Part shown: one piece after another, positions 38,275 to 52,050 of the stretch
How positions within the stretch are numbered: position 1 is the stretch's first letter
How the letters are laid out: every line of letters begins with the position of its first letter
NCBI RefSeq assembly: GCF_001194135.2
Contig: NC_068997.1
Location: 1,424,559 to 1,488,558, forward strand
Length of the DNA stretch: 64,000 nt
DNA from: Octopus bimaculoides
Taxonomy: Eukaryota
Direction: 5' to 3'
The notes under the pieces: generated by a model
Database searches by the model: none
Told to the model about the DNA's origin: nothing
Seen by the model: only the letters and a program-made list of their open reading frames with translations
Translations under genes and position numbers: made by a program

Positions 38275-38465
38275 AAGTTTGTAGGCATAGAGTTAGTAGA
38301 TTAAATCGGCACTAGTAGTTGACTAGTACCTTATTTTGTCAACTCTGGAAGGATGAAAAGAAACGTTGATCTCTGCGCGATTTGAACTCAAAATGCAAAG
38401 AAACATAGGAAGTGTTGCAAATATTTTTTTCTGGCGCTCTATCGAATTTACCAACGCATCGCCTT
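38275..38465 (-). mobile_element. SINE family B copy, degenerate
   Basis: ggaaggatgaaaagaaacgttgatctctgcgcgatttgaactcaaaatg. Confidence 0.65.
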
Positions 38466-39841
38466 ATCAATATTAATTTCTCATATTGACCATCTACTTT
38501 GAAGGAAAAGGCTTAATCGAGTAAATGGATATCTAGTAATTATTTATCTGTACAGGGTAGATGACAAACGAAATTAACAATGAAGTAGAGAGCGGGTTAA
38601 ATAAGAAAGTTTCTACTATTTCGAGCAAGAAGCCACACTTTCCTGGGGTGTGGTACATGCAAAACAGTTTTCACCCAGTTTATACTTTAGAAGTTATGTC
38701 AACCCTTATATACAGATGTCTTCTAAGTCATATAAGGATAAATAAAAAACTTAACGAGGAGCAGTGACTCTTGTCAGGGTCACCGTAACTGGTGAGTCGA
38801 AGACGAAGTGATACTCTAATCAGAGATATAGACAGATTGCTTGTAACATAGTGAACTGTCCAGAGGGCACCGGAGAACCAGGTGATAATGTTCACTAGTA
38901 ATAACGAGTGTGCTCTGTTAAAGGTACGGTGACCGATTAAGCTTATCTCGACATACCAAGACAGTCTTGTACTGATTTGAGCACGGAATGTTGACAGACG
39001 AAATAAAACTTTCACTGCTTTACAGAGAAACTCTACTATGCACTTAATTTGTTGTTTTAGTGCAGGAACCTATACTTTCACGAAAACATGCACACAAACA
39101 TGCACATATATCAATCACCAGGTACATGAAAGGCAATGTTAATCTTAGCGGGATTTAAGCGTTAAAAGACACGGTGTCGGGATAAATATTACAAATATTC
39201 AGCCTCCTTGTTTTCCTGAAACTCGGTAATGTTCGGTACCTAAAATGGAAACAGCTCATTGTTCATTTGGATAGCAAGACTTTTAGGTAATGAAACTAAA
39301 TTGGTTTGTTACCTGAGTGCAAAATTCAAAAACAGCTAAACACAGTTAATATTTTGTGCAGATATAATGAAGTATACTATTAAATTAAGTAATTATTGAA
39401 ATATCAATGATCATGGATATGATGGCGTATGCGTCTTATTTTGTCGTTTTTGGCGCGAGGGAATATGTTGCAATATTTCACATCAACATATTTATGAAGA
39501 AAGAGAATTCACAGGAGATAAATGGTTCATTTATAACAGCAATGCCACACGAATATCTGTTCAATTACCATACTACATTAAATTTGCAACTATATTATCT
39601 ATCCAGAGTTCAATATCAACCGAGGCACGATAAAAGTAATGGAGGATAGGTCTCTCAGTTGCTCTTAAGCATTCGATCAGACATCTCTGGGAGTATGTCC
39701 ACAACAACAGCCAGTAAATAGTTCTTCTACAATTATGTAATAAATCTATATTTACTAAGCCATCGTAGGCACACAATAACCACAGTTTTGGGGGGTCAGC
39801 AAAGGTGCAGACAGACAAAAAACAAACAGACAGGAATACAG

Positions 39842-39945
<104 letters not shown>

Positions 39946-42924
39946 GGTTTATTGATTTAGGATGAATATTGCTTAATCCTTTACATTTAAGAGGTGATAG
40001 TTGCCTACAAACATTTCCTTAAGAAATCTAGTACATATACTCGACAATAACGTGAAATGAGCAAATATTATAACACGTATTCTTTCACCACACGAACATG
40101 TGAATCACATGTAATGAATTTGAGCAGCAATCCATGAGAATTCAATCCAATACATTTTCAACTTGATCAGCTTGTTCTTATATGTACATATTATAGGAGG
40201 TCTAAATATATTAACCTAGATATATGTTTACAACTATCTGTTCTGAGAAAAGAAATCTAGTGTTTAATATATCATTAATAATTCAATATACTGCTGGGAC
40301 GACAGAGGAAATCTCACTGTGAGACCGGAACTTTGTCTATATTCATATTTCATTGTTGGTCACTTCACTCACGGTGATTTTCGTTCTTCCTCATAAATAT
40401 AGACCAATCATGTTCAGTCAAATGGCGGCAAATCCTTATGGTTGAATGCCATTATAACAAGCACCAATCTATTTCATATATATAGTATATTCGCTTTCAT
40501 TATATGTACAGCTTATATCTTTCAAGCAATAAACCTCGTGATAAACAAATATTCGTAGATAAACTAGCAATGCTGTGTTGTACATATATGAACAAGGAGA
40601 GGACAAAACTAAGCAAAAATTAGTAAAAATGTGACAGTGAATAGATGTTTTATCAAGGTATAATAATTCTGCTTTATTTATACTCATTTATGTATTAGTA
40701 TTTTATGATATCAACACTTCTCGTAGTTGCAACTAAGACCCGGGTCAGATAAAAAACAAACCTCTTATGTCTGCAATATATATAAAATGTCATATTTGAT
40801 TTAAACTTATTCTATCAAACACATTCACAACTTTATAGTTAATTACAATGATATCTTATTGCATATTTTGTCTTTATTGAATCGATGTAAATTCATGGAC
40901 ATGGTTGATATAGTATTCCAGACTGGTCATTTACGTAATTTTTACAGCAGTAGGTGCTGTTAGAGCGATACTGTTGTATTACACTGACGAGGTGTATTTA
41001 CATAGGTGGACTGTGTTTTCTGAGAGGAGCTAAGTTTCAGCATGGTGTCTATATACAGCTAGTTGGACTCAATAATTTAAATGTTTGTTGTCTTAAACCT
41101 TGGAGTCTCTCTCTATGAATTTATATGATCACGAGTTTGTTTATCTCAATGAAAAAGAATGCACTGCGCAGTGAATCGACTTGGTGGTTCCGAGTGAAGC
41201 GGGAATTCCTGTCTCCCTAATGAGCCTCTTTGATAAAAAAAAAGACAAAGCAAGATGACGTCCGCCATTATTGTTGACTGCAGTCAGCAAAATACTAGAA
41301 TAGTTCAATTATTTTACCAGGCGCATATCGCAGCTATGGGCCAGAACCTGAAAACGAAACGTGATCTGAAATTGGTGTGAATTTGTAATATATGCCAATG
41401 CTTTGTCTTTTACCAAATTCTCTACCCTTAAGATATTCCTCGGATGTTAAAATCTACACCAAATCAAATTTATAGCAATTGATTCGTAACGAATACATTC
41501 TTGACAGATATATTAGGAGTTCCGATGTAATAAGACCGTTGAATTTCTGTTGGACGGTGGACTTCATTGAAGGAGAATTTAATTCGACTCGCGATGCAAA
41601 TGATTTTTCAGATATGAATCCTTACAACTGTTTCGAAGCGATATTTCATTTAATGCAATCACAAAACTTTTACTCAATATTTCTATATACCGGCCAATCT
41701 GATGATGACTTGGACTTTATTGATTTCAGTTTTATGGTCATCTCGGTTCTTACAAATATTTAGGTTTTCTAAATTCACTCATATGACCATTGAGTCTGCA
41801 TTAGTAAAGGATCCAAAAGTATTTTTATATAACTTAAACATAGATGAGAAGTTTCTTACTTCCAGTATCCTAGACTCATATATATTACGACATGACAATA
41901 ATTGTGACAATCGCAGTAAAGCGGTCTATAAGATTGCCAGAACTATAAATGAAGTACAATCACTTTACTGGGAATAAACCATCTGAAGTTGAGCTCTTTC
42001 TCAATTAATTCCATAAATTTGTGGTAAATTCCCAAAGTAGACACAGAATGGATCATGAATTCTTAGAATCTTTATATTGACGTAATTAACCTGAAATGGA
42101 ATTGTCATTATTTAGAGTGATACATGTAATGTTACAAGATGAACGTTTTGATAGTTTTGCAGTTGACAATGGAGATCAGCAGTCTCATATTGCTGGCAAT
42201 GAATTGCTATACACTATGTCTGTTTTCACAGTAAGTCTTCTCTGAGTATTAAGGTATCTCTGATATCCAACTGTGAAATAAATCAATTCCGCTTTCTGAA
42301 AATATCTTCAACCAAGTACAAACATTTCCTTGCTCCCCAAAGCGACACAACGGTGCAATTTACATGTGACGTATTAGATTATAGTGTTAATTTCAAATCC
42401 TCATAGGTGATAAGCCAGGCCATGGGTTACGCCCGGCCTGGCTGATCTTGCTAATGCGATATCCTCGAGGTGATAGCTTGCTTTACTGGAAATAGTATGC
42501 ATACTTAGATTTTAAAAAAGTGATTATACATTAATATATTCCCATAATTAGAATTTTATAAACCTAATTTCTATACAAGCATAATATAAAAATATATTAG
42601 GTACTTCGCTGATGGGCATGTGTGTATGAATGTGTGCATGCAAACATGCTTTTGTCTGAATTTTCTGTGGGCTGAATTCATGTAGATGTATTTACCCCAC
42701 ACCTAAGTGATAATATTTGTAAAAGACTAATAGAAAACATTGTGGTTCATAGCAATATATAGAACATGAAATACAGGAGAAACTATGTTTAAATTTTCAT
42801 TTGAATATTCATTTAAATCAGCACTTCTCGAAGTAGGCGGGATCCACCTACTCTACTAGAAGGCGGCGGGAAATTTTATATTGTTACAGGGGACCAAGTC
42901 TCAGTTTCATTTTTTAAATATTGG

Positions 42925-43130
42925 TTTCAAATTTTAGTACAAGGCCAGCAATTTTAAGGGACAGACAAGTCAATTACATCGATAACAGCATCCAATTGGT
43001 ACTTTTTTTACCGACGCTGAGAGAATGAAAGGCAAAGTTGACCTCGGCGGAATTTGAACTCAGAATGTAGAGTTCTGAAGTGAGAACGCATTTTGCCCGG
43101 CTTGCTAACAATTCTGCCACTTCGCCGCCT
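42925..43130 (-). mobile_element. SINE family B copy
   Basis: gaatgaaaggcaaagttgacctcggcggaatttgaactcagaatg...attctgccacttcgccgcc. Confidence 0.85.
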
Positions 43131-43542
43131 TTCACCTTTTAGCAAATATAATGTTAATCAGCTTATTTACCACATTGACAACAACATTGACAATAACAAG
43201 GAAAATAAGAATCAAGATCTGAAAATATATTCCAGCTGGTAGCCACAGGTGTATGCATATAAAATGAGATGTGCTTAAATTTGGTCGAAACGACGGGTTA
43301 AAAGTTGGGTGTTAAATTGTAATAAGGTGGCTTGATTAGAATTAGTATAAGAAAAAGGGACAGTAGCTGAAGGGAATCTGCAAAGCGCTGATTAAGATGA
43401 TCATATTGAGCTCTTCAACATTTTCATAAAAATCCACTCATACACTCAATACTATCACACACAAATGCGACAAATTAACGGATACTCTCTTATACACAAA
43501 AACTTACAGACAAAATCAACACAGACACACACACACGGATGC

Positions 43543-43608
<66 letters not shown>

Positions 43609-43610
43609 TG

Positions 43611-43642
<32 letters not shown>

Positions 43643-43763
43643 CACATGTATATATATACACACACACAGACACCAGTATATATATGTGCCTACGTATATT
43701 TCCTTTTGGTGAGAATGTATATATATGACTGTGTATATATATATTTATTTGCATTGCTTTCTC

Positions 43764-43801
<38 letters not shown>

Positions 43802-44377
43802 CACACACACACACACACACACACACATATTTAACCATCTGCTTGTTTGTTTGTGTATATTTAACTTAATTGAGGTAAATGAACTTATTTCTAACTCTTG
43901 TAACGCTCTGAATACTTTCACTGATTATTGATAAATTCCAACAGCGATACGTTGACAGGTTGATGAGTTTGTATAATGGAACTTTCCTCTCATTCCATTG
44001 TTAATTGGCAGCATTAATGACAGGCCTAAGTGGAATCTATTGCTGTTTGTCTTCTGCCGATTTGACCAATGGAGTTATGACGTTAAGCCGGCTGCTTAAT
44101 CCCGTATGGAGCAACAAGTAAAATTGAGTTTGTTACCCCGTTTTTTGCCTCCAAGTTTCGAGTACATGTGGTAGCAGCACGTCTAAATATATGGGAGAAT
44201 GAGATGAGGAAAGAGAAAAATTAATTAGAGTGGAAGAAATAAAGATAACGAAATGGTTTTCTCAAAGTAATAAAAAGAAGTGAAACAATTAGATGCTGAA
44301 AAAATTAGTTTCATGTATCTAACTATTTATACATATTTATATACATATTTATACACACACAGACACACACACATATA

Positions 44378-45240
44378 TACAAGTATCAAAAAGTTCCCGG
44401 ACTAGTTATGTTTAATAAAGAATAACTTATTTACCTTGCGCAGCAATACAGCAGTATCAGCGTTCCTTCCACTTTTCGAATTCGGCCTGGAGGTCGTTTT
44501 ACATAAGCGAGTCGAGGCGCTTTTTGCGAGTCGCTCCTGATCTCGACGACGGTGTTAAAACGGTGACCTTGGAAGTGTCTTTTCATCTTGGGTAAGAGAA
44601 GGAATTTCGCAAGTGCTAAATCTGGTGAACAGGGTAGGTGCGGAAGCGATACCATAATGTTTTTGGCGATAAACACACGAGTGAGGAGAGCTCAGTGATA
44701 GGGTGAATTTTGTCGTTGCGAAGAATCCAATTCTTCGCGCTCCGCAGATCCGGTTGCTTTCGCCGAATGTTCTTCCTCAATTGCTTTAAAACGTCACAGT
44801 TGAAGTCTCGATTGACCGTCTGGCCCTCGGAGATAAATTGCTGATGTACAATACTGCGGATTCTGACAAAAACGATGACCATGCTTTTGATTGAGCTGCG
44901 GCTCTGTCGTACCTTCGTCAGTCGTGGAGAAGAAGGGCTCTTCCATTGCGACGACTGCTGTTTCGTCTCGTCATCGGTGATGTTCCTTGGACATGAAGGA
45001 CGGGTCTTCATCGGCACGCTGATGCATATCTTGGCAGGCTTAAACGCGATGTTCTTTCTGCTCGGTGGTTAGCAAACAGGAACAAATTTGGCAGGAACAC
45101 GCCGCATGTTTAATCCAAACGTTAGGATTGCCTGCACGAACCCATGTGACCCAGCATCAGCAATGCCGTACATTCTCCTCTGTCGATCCTCATGCACAAG
45201 CTGATGCGTTTTCTCGACGTTTCCGGGTATGACAGTTGCC
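44378..45240 (-). mobile_element. Mariner transposon pseudogene, third subfamily
   Basis: DDETKQQSSQWKSPSSPR..KVRQSRS.IKSMVIVF..GQTVN...LR..IRRK.PDL and HLPCSPDLA..FLLLPKMK; several frameshifts. Confidence 0.9.
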
Positions 45241-45940
45241 GCACGATATATATATATAAAGACAATAACAACAAATTAAAGAGAAAGCCAGCATTTAGTC
45301 CCACGGTTTTGTTGCTTTTCTCAACACATTATATTTGGTAATTAGAACAGTGCTGCCAGCAATTAAAGGGGCAATTTTGGGAAGTGTAGACTATAGCAAA
45401 AGGAAGCACTTCAAGTTACCAATGCTAGACATTTTATTGACTGACGAGCGACAACAACTTCGGTTCTAGTAAATACTAAACCCAGGACTTTACAATACAA
45501 TAAATGCTATATTCATTTTATTAATGCACTCTACAGTTTCTGTCAACTCACAATCATTCAAAATTTACAATAAATCTTGTTTTGGTTCAATATTAAGTGT
45601 TTAGCTAAAAGATTCCTACTTGCAAAACAAAATCTCCTTCAACATATGTGTGGTTGTTTTCTTTTCTCATTCACTCGTAGTTCAGAGAGACAGTTGCACT
45701 AATGACTTGGTTTTGTTATTTTAGAACTTCTGCACTTCAGATCTCCCTACAGACACATTTCATGTAGTTTCACAGAACTTCAATGTGTACATAACAACAT
45801 CGAGCTAGTAGTATAATAATCCAGAAATGAACTTGAAGTTTTTGTTTCGGAAGGAATGGAGATTTCCCCTCAAACCGATTCTTTTCATCTGAATGTCTGT
45901 CTGTCTGCCTGTTTTCCTGCCTGCCCACCCGCCTGCCTGC

Positions 45941-45991
<51 letters not shown>

Positions 45992-46031
45992 CATATCTGT
46001 GTGAGTGTGTGTGTATGTGTGTGTGTGTGTG

Positions 46032-46161
<130 letters not shown>

Positions 46162-49030
46162 TATCTGTCTGCTTGTGAAAATCTCTGCGCTGAAGCAGAA
46201 TGAGGACTGCAAATAAATCAGAACGGATGAAATATTCAAAATACTCTCCCACGACTGTTAAGTGGTGCAAGATGTTGTCCAGATACTACAAAAGGAAAAC
46301 AAAAACTGGAAGAAATCAGGAGACGATATCATTCATAACATCCACTGTTAAAATAGTTGTTTGCGTAATATCTAAACATTGAATACAGAAGCAATACATG
46401 ACTGGCTCACTGAAAGGGCAAAAACTACTTTAACGTATCTCTAGTCATTGTTGGTTTTGAAGTTGTAGGATTTAATCACAATCTGCAGTATTATTGCAGG
46501 TAATCTGTAAGCATTAGGAAAGGTGAGGATAAATAAACACCTGGGAAAGAACAACCGCTTTCCAGAAAAGATGAAAGCGTGCTGTTACGATCATTTGTCG
46601 ATGAAGAGTAACAAAAGTAAAAATGGAACCCAAGAAGAAAACTGTGAGCAGGTCGGGTTGAGTAGCAGAAGACGTTTGACGCGCAGATCCTGGAAACCTT
46701 ACCTTTGAGTGCAGTGGCACCGTTTATGAAGACACATTAAATATATTACAGATAAAAATACGTAATTCTGTAATTACCACGAATGGAAGCATTGTAAAAA
46801 CTAATTTTTGATTTTTACAAAAAGAAATATTGTAAGGGTGTTCATTTCCCCAATTTGTTTTGTTCCTAGTGCCAAGAATTTTACTTAACATACTGAACAC
46901 AATTTGACTCGGTTAATTGCACATCCATAGCATTTATATACATTTTTGTAGGTGACTGACTTCATGTTGTACACTGAGGGTGTTGACGAACTAGAAACAC
47001 GACTACAAACAATGCAATGACTTTCTGGACGATTTGATATGATTTGGACTAGAAAATGTACCATGCAAGCTTGAAAAACTGGAAATGAATTAAGAAATCT
47101 AGTACCAATGTTAAATAAAGATAAAAGTAGATCAAAGAAATAAGAAGTAACGGGAACTTAAAAATACTGAGAAATTAGTCAACACAATTCTTAGAAAAGC
47201 TAAAGAAACTATAATATCATTGGATTAAATATTGTTACTGAACTAAATATAAAAAGATAAGTAATCATTATTCTCAGTTGGAATCTAAATTTACTAACAA
47301 AACTAAATAAAAATTAAAGACAGAAAATAATCTACATTTAAAAGAAATCACCCAAAACATCACATCGAGAGATTATATTTACTGTAAATACAGGGAGTAA
47401 GGACTTTATTTCAAAGGAAAACTTGATAAGTCTGCGACTTATGATGGCAGTTCAAGTTGGGAATTCCAAAAGGCTTTGATCCAGGCAAGAAATAAATCTT
47501 TGATTCGCCAGTAATTGTCTAATTTTCCCGGGAAATCTATCAGTAAGTTTCCAGTAAAAGTTTATTTTTATTTCACAGCTCCCATCTTCTTTGTTTGCTC
47601 TCCAACATCCCCATCTTCGTCTGCATTAGCAGTAACAACTAAGAAATTATTACAAATGGCAAATCATATTACAAATTACTGTAGTTAAGTCACATCTTAA
47701 AGCTTACACTAAGAATCAACTAACTTTTCATATGTTTATAAACCTTGGAAGCAGACAGTAAAAATCCAATTTTGGCACAAACTCAATTAAGATCTGATAC
47801 GAACGGTTACGAAAGCACAACAGGTAGTACATGAAATAAGCCAATAGTTTCTAAAAACTCTCCTGCAGATGGCTCTACAGTGAGCAGCTTTAATCAACTC
47901 GATTAAATGTCTGATTTTACTTCAATGCTTGTCATGATATTTCTTCTGATATGTAGCTCTATGTTGTCTCAAGGAATTATAGTTTTGAAATATGAAAACG
48001 CTTAAAACGCTATTGCTATTTTTCTAGAATAAATAAATAAATAAATAAGAGAGAATCTTGCATCTATGGCACTCAAAATACGGTAGGGATTTATGTTAAC
48101 AGAAAAGATAGCATGAATTTATGTTAGAACACACATAAAGGCACAACGTACATGTAATCCAGAAATATAACTTAAGTAACCGTAATAGATTTATATAATA
48201 TTGTCTCTGGAATAAATCTCATTGTACAATGTTGTAAGTAAACAGTTGAGTTACATAAGTTACTACAACATCTTTTACACAGCCCAAGTTATCTGAGCGA
48301 TTTGTAAATTATAATTTCGGATAAACATTTAAATAAGCAACAGGATCAACGACGCTAGTTGAGTATTGTTTCATTTGCTCAGCGAATGAGTCAATAATTC
48401 CACAATGGTGCGCCATTAAAGTATTGTGTGGTTTCTTCTGAACGAAAACAAACGCTGCATATAGTTACAGAATAGTAAACAAACAGCCCTACGTAGCTCT
48501 ATTCTGTGCGTTGTGACGTATAAGGATGATAATCCTGGACAAGATTATTGTGCAATTTATCCAGAAATATAATCAATAGATCACAGAGATTAAAGCGCGA
48601 AGAATAAAGAGTCTTACTGTATGTAGATCTGAACCAGTGTCCCATTAAATAGAAGCAATATACCTTAGCTACTCGGCTACAACGATATTACAATTCTAGC
48701 GTAGCATTGCGTATTAATAATAATATATTAATAACTGATAATTGATATCCTACTGATCGATATTGATTTATCATGATTCACAGAGTCAGGCGATTTCCGA
48801 TTACTCTGTGTTCAATGTGTATCGTTAGGTATGTATAGTATATGTATATAAGCACAAACAAATATAAAAATATGCAAAAAATATTTAATATATTTTATGC
48901 GTACAGTTGTGCATATTGATTGCTTTATGTAACTTTGCGTAATTCTAACATACTTTCATATCTATGTATGTATGTATGTATGCATTTATGTATGTATGTA
49001 TGTATGTATGTATGTATGTATGTATGTATG

Positions 49031-49063
<33 letters not shown>

Positions 49064-49430
49064 ATCTATTTATCTTTCTATCTATTTACATATTCAAGCA
49101 CATCTCTTCATATTTCATGGAGTCTCTGTCGGTTTCGACTATAAGCATTCAGCAGTTCGCTAAACTAAACTATCACAGCATTAACCGTAATTCTCGGTCC
49201 CAGGGCAAAACTATTAAACCACAGCCATATTTCTCAAATGGACTTCCAAACAGTTTCCGTCGTCCACATAATTTTACTCACATATTCTGAACCTGAGACC
49301 TCATGGTTGATTAGTAAATACCATAAGCATTCGGCATTGCCTGTATCCGTAACACTCACTCGCACTAAAACACACGTACACACATACATAAGAATATATA
49401 TGTGTGTGTGTATATACATATATATATATA

Positions 49431-49755
49431 TTTATATTTGAAGACAATTATACAACGATCATAAATATACACACACTCTTGCATACATAGAATCTCGGCC
49501 CACACTACATGTTGCATATAAATCTAGTTGTCTGTATATATAAATATGTGTGTGTAATGAATTGTAACGAATCATTTTGTAAATGTGTANNNNNNNNNNN
49601 NNNNNNNNNNNNNNNNNNNNNNNNNNNNNNNNNNNNNNNNNNNNNNNNNNNNNNNNNNNNNNNNNNNNNNNNNNNNNNNNNNNNNNNNNNNNNNNNNNNN
49701 NNNNNNNNNNNNNNNNNNNNNNNNNNNNNNNNNNNNNNNNNNNNNNNNNNNNNNN

Positions 49756-49803
<48 letters not shown>

Positions 49804-49961
49804 TTATATTTGAAGACAATTATACAACGATCATAAATATACACACACTCTTGCATACATAGAATCTCGGCCCACACTACATGTTGCATATAAATCTAGT
49901 TGTCTGTATATATAAATATGTGTGTGTAATGAATTGTAACGAATCATTTTGTAAATGTGTA
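49431..49961. other. Exact 159-bp duplication on both sides of an N gap (probable assembly overlap)
   Basis: 49431-49589 is repeated at 49803-49961, and the first copy ends exactly at the gap. Confidence 0.85.
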
Positions 49962-50448
49962 TTAAACATCAATAGTCAATATTATCTCTAACAAACAGGT
50001 TGTAACATATAATTTCACCAGATAATTTACGGTTTGATTCACTGGTCCATGTAATCTCCAAGCTCCATGCAGTAGAGAATATTGAAAGCAGAACATTGGA
50101 ATGGATGGGACAAGAATTACAATGTTTACTGCATTTATGCAAATTTTCTTTCAAGGTTTTAATAGTGTCGTATGTAGAATCATGCCAGAAGTTGCATATG
50201 AGAGAGGGGGGAGAAAGGGAGAAAGAGAAATGAGAGAAAAAGATAGTAAAAGATAGAAAGAGAGAGAGAGAGAGTGAAAGAGAAGAGAGAGAAAAAGAAA
50301 GTGAGAGCGAGAAAAAAGAAAGAGAGAGGGAGAGAGAGAAAGAGAGAGTGAGAGTGAGAGGCAGAAAGAGAGAGAAAGACAGAAAGAGAGAGAAAGCGAG
50401 AAAGATAGTGAGAATGAAAGAGAGAGAAAGAGAGAGTGAAAGCGAGAA

Positions 50449-50488
<40 letters not shown>

Positions 50489-50575
50489 CTAATAAAGGAT
50501 ATTTCCAATAGCAATCATGTGCAAAGAAAAAAAAAACAATCATGATCATCATCATCATCATCATCATAATGATAA

Positions 50576-50628
<53 letters not shown>

Positions 50629-51129
50629 GAACACAAAACAAAACTAGTCAGAAATGCATCAGTCATTAATATCACCACCGCATAAAGCTTTCCTCAATAA
50701 AATTGGATTAATTATGGAAATTTTAACAGTAAAATACAAAGCGAAAGTCAACAGAAAAATACTGTACAGTGAAGTAAATAAGACAGAAGTTAATCGTTAA
50801 ACAATTTTTAATCCAACGAGGAGGAATTTATACGTTACAATATCCTTGCTATGTTACGTTGCAAGCTACTGGTGTCACTTAACACAGAAATTACTGACGA
50901 AGAGCGTTAGAATCGTTAATGGAGGTAGGGATATCATTATTGATCCAAATTAGACATAAAAATCAATTAGGAAATGTTACAAATCGTTTTAATAAATACT
51001 ATTAGGTTCAGCATGTCTGAAGGGTCATCAATATTGGCGAGTGCCATAGTCTGCGCGAAACTGTCGGTAACATTCTGACCAGTAATATACTGCTCGAAAA
51101 TACACACACGCACACACACACACACACAC

Positions 51130-51430
51130 AGTGGTTAGGGTATTCGGCTTGCTATCTTAATGTCATTAGTTCGATAACTGGGGGTGTTGTGACCTTGAGC
51201 AAGATACTTTATTTCACATTGCTCCAGTACACTCAGCTGGCGAAAATGCGTGGCACTTTTAATTCACAGGGCCTACCTTGTCACATTCTGTGTCAACCGG
51301 AATCTCTCACAGAATTATGTTCAGTGTGCGCGTGACTGTGGAGAGCTCGGTCACATACAAGTTAATATCACGAGCAGCCTGTTTCTTTGATCGGTTCAAC
51401 TGGAACCCACGTCGTCGCAACCGATGGAGT
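51130..51430 (+). mobile_element. SINE family C-related copy, degenerate
   Basis: gtggttagggtattcgg...ccttgagcaag...ttaatatcacgagcagcctg...tcggttcaactggaaccc; reverse complement of the 13735 body. Confidence 0.7.
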
Positions 51431-51488
51431 GGCAGGTAATATATTTATACATATCTGTGTATGTGCGTGTTGTATTAGTGTGTCCATA

Positions 51489-51555
<67 letters not shown>

Positions 51556-51559
51556 GCGT

Positions 51560-52050
51560 TGGTAGATGATATGCAGGTTTTCGCCTAAGTACAGCTGGCG
51601 ATTAATGGCGCCGAGTGAATATGGAGGCGCCCTGTCAATAATAGTCCACTTGATGCTGGGTGTTTCGTCTCGGAGGTCACGAAGTCTCCAGAGGAAGAGC
51701 GATAGGAAGGTTGAATTCTCTCTGACCCTGGATCTTAGTGAATGCAAGTGCTGGGAATATCTTCTCTTGAAGTATTGGTTGCCATGCCTGTATAATGCCG
51801 AGTAATGCCATCGGATGGTGTAAAGATGGTTCTGTATACTACATATCTTGAGAGGGAGGATCCTTCTAGAGGGTAAGTGGTAGGGTTTCGGGAGTTGCAG
51901 GTTGGGGTTTGAGGTTTTGTGAATGCGTTTTTACGTCTGTTGATGCGTGCGATGTTGTCTAAGCAGGAGTATCTTACCTTGACATTATGGGGGCTGTAAA
52001 GCAGGAAGCCCCTGGCTGCATTGGTAGAAAATTTTAGGTTAATTGGGGAT
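51560..52050 (-). mobile_element. Penelope-like element relic (linker plus GIY-YIG endonuclease)
   Basis: HNVKVRYSCLDNI..IN..K....PTCNSRNPTTYPLEGSSL...VVY....RHYTG matches the PLE motif VKVSYSC..CNCR..CPL.G.CL..VVY..Y.G. Confidence 0.8.

Noticed and set aside
40400-40432. CCAAT plus a YY1-like caaatggcggc motif (similar motif near 41255)
   Set aside because: Short motifs like these are expected by chance, and no linked gene was identified.
49431-49961. Apparent 159-bp tandem duplication as a biological event
   Set aside because: The copies are identical and the first abuts an N gap, which is typical of unmerged contig ends.
49969-50200. Minus-strand peptide SLEITWTSESNRKLSGEIICYNLFV resembling a fibronectin type III strand pattern
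   Set aside because: The similarity is limited to a few residues, there are no clear splice sites, and the rest of the ORF is CT-repeat.
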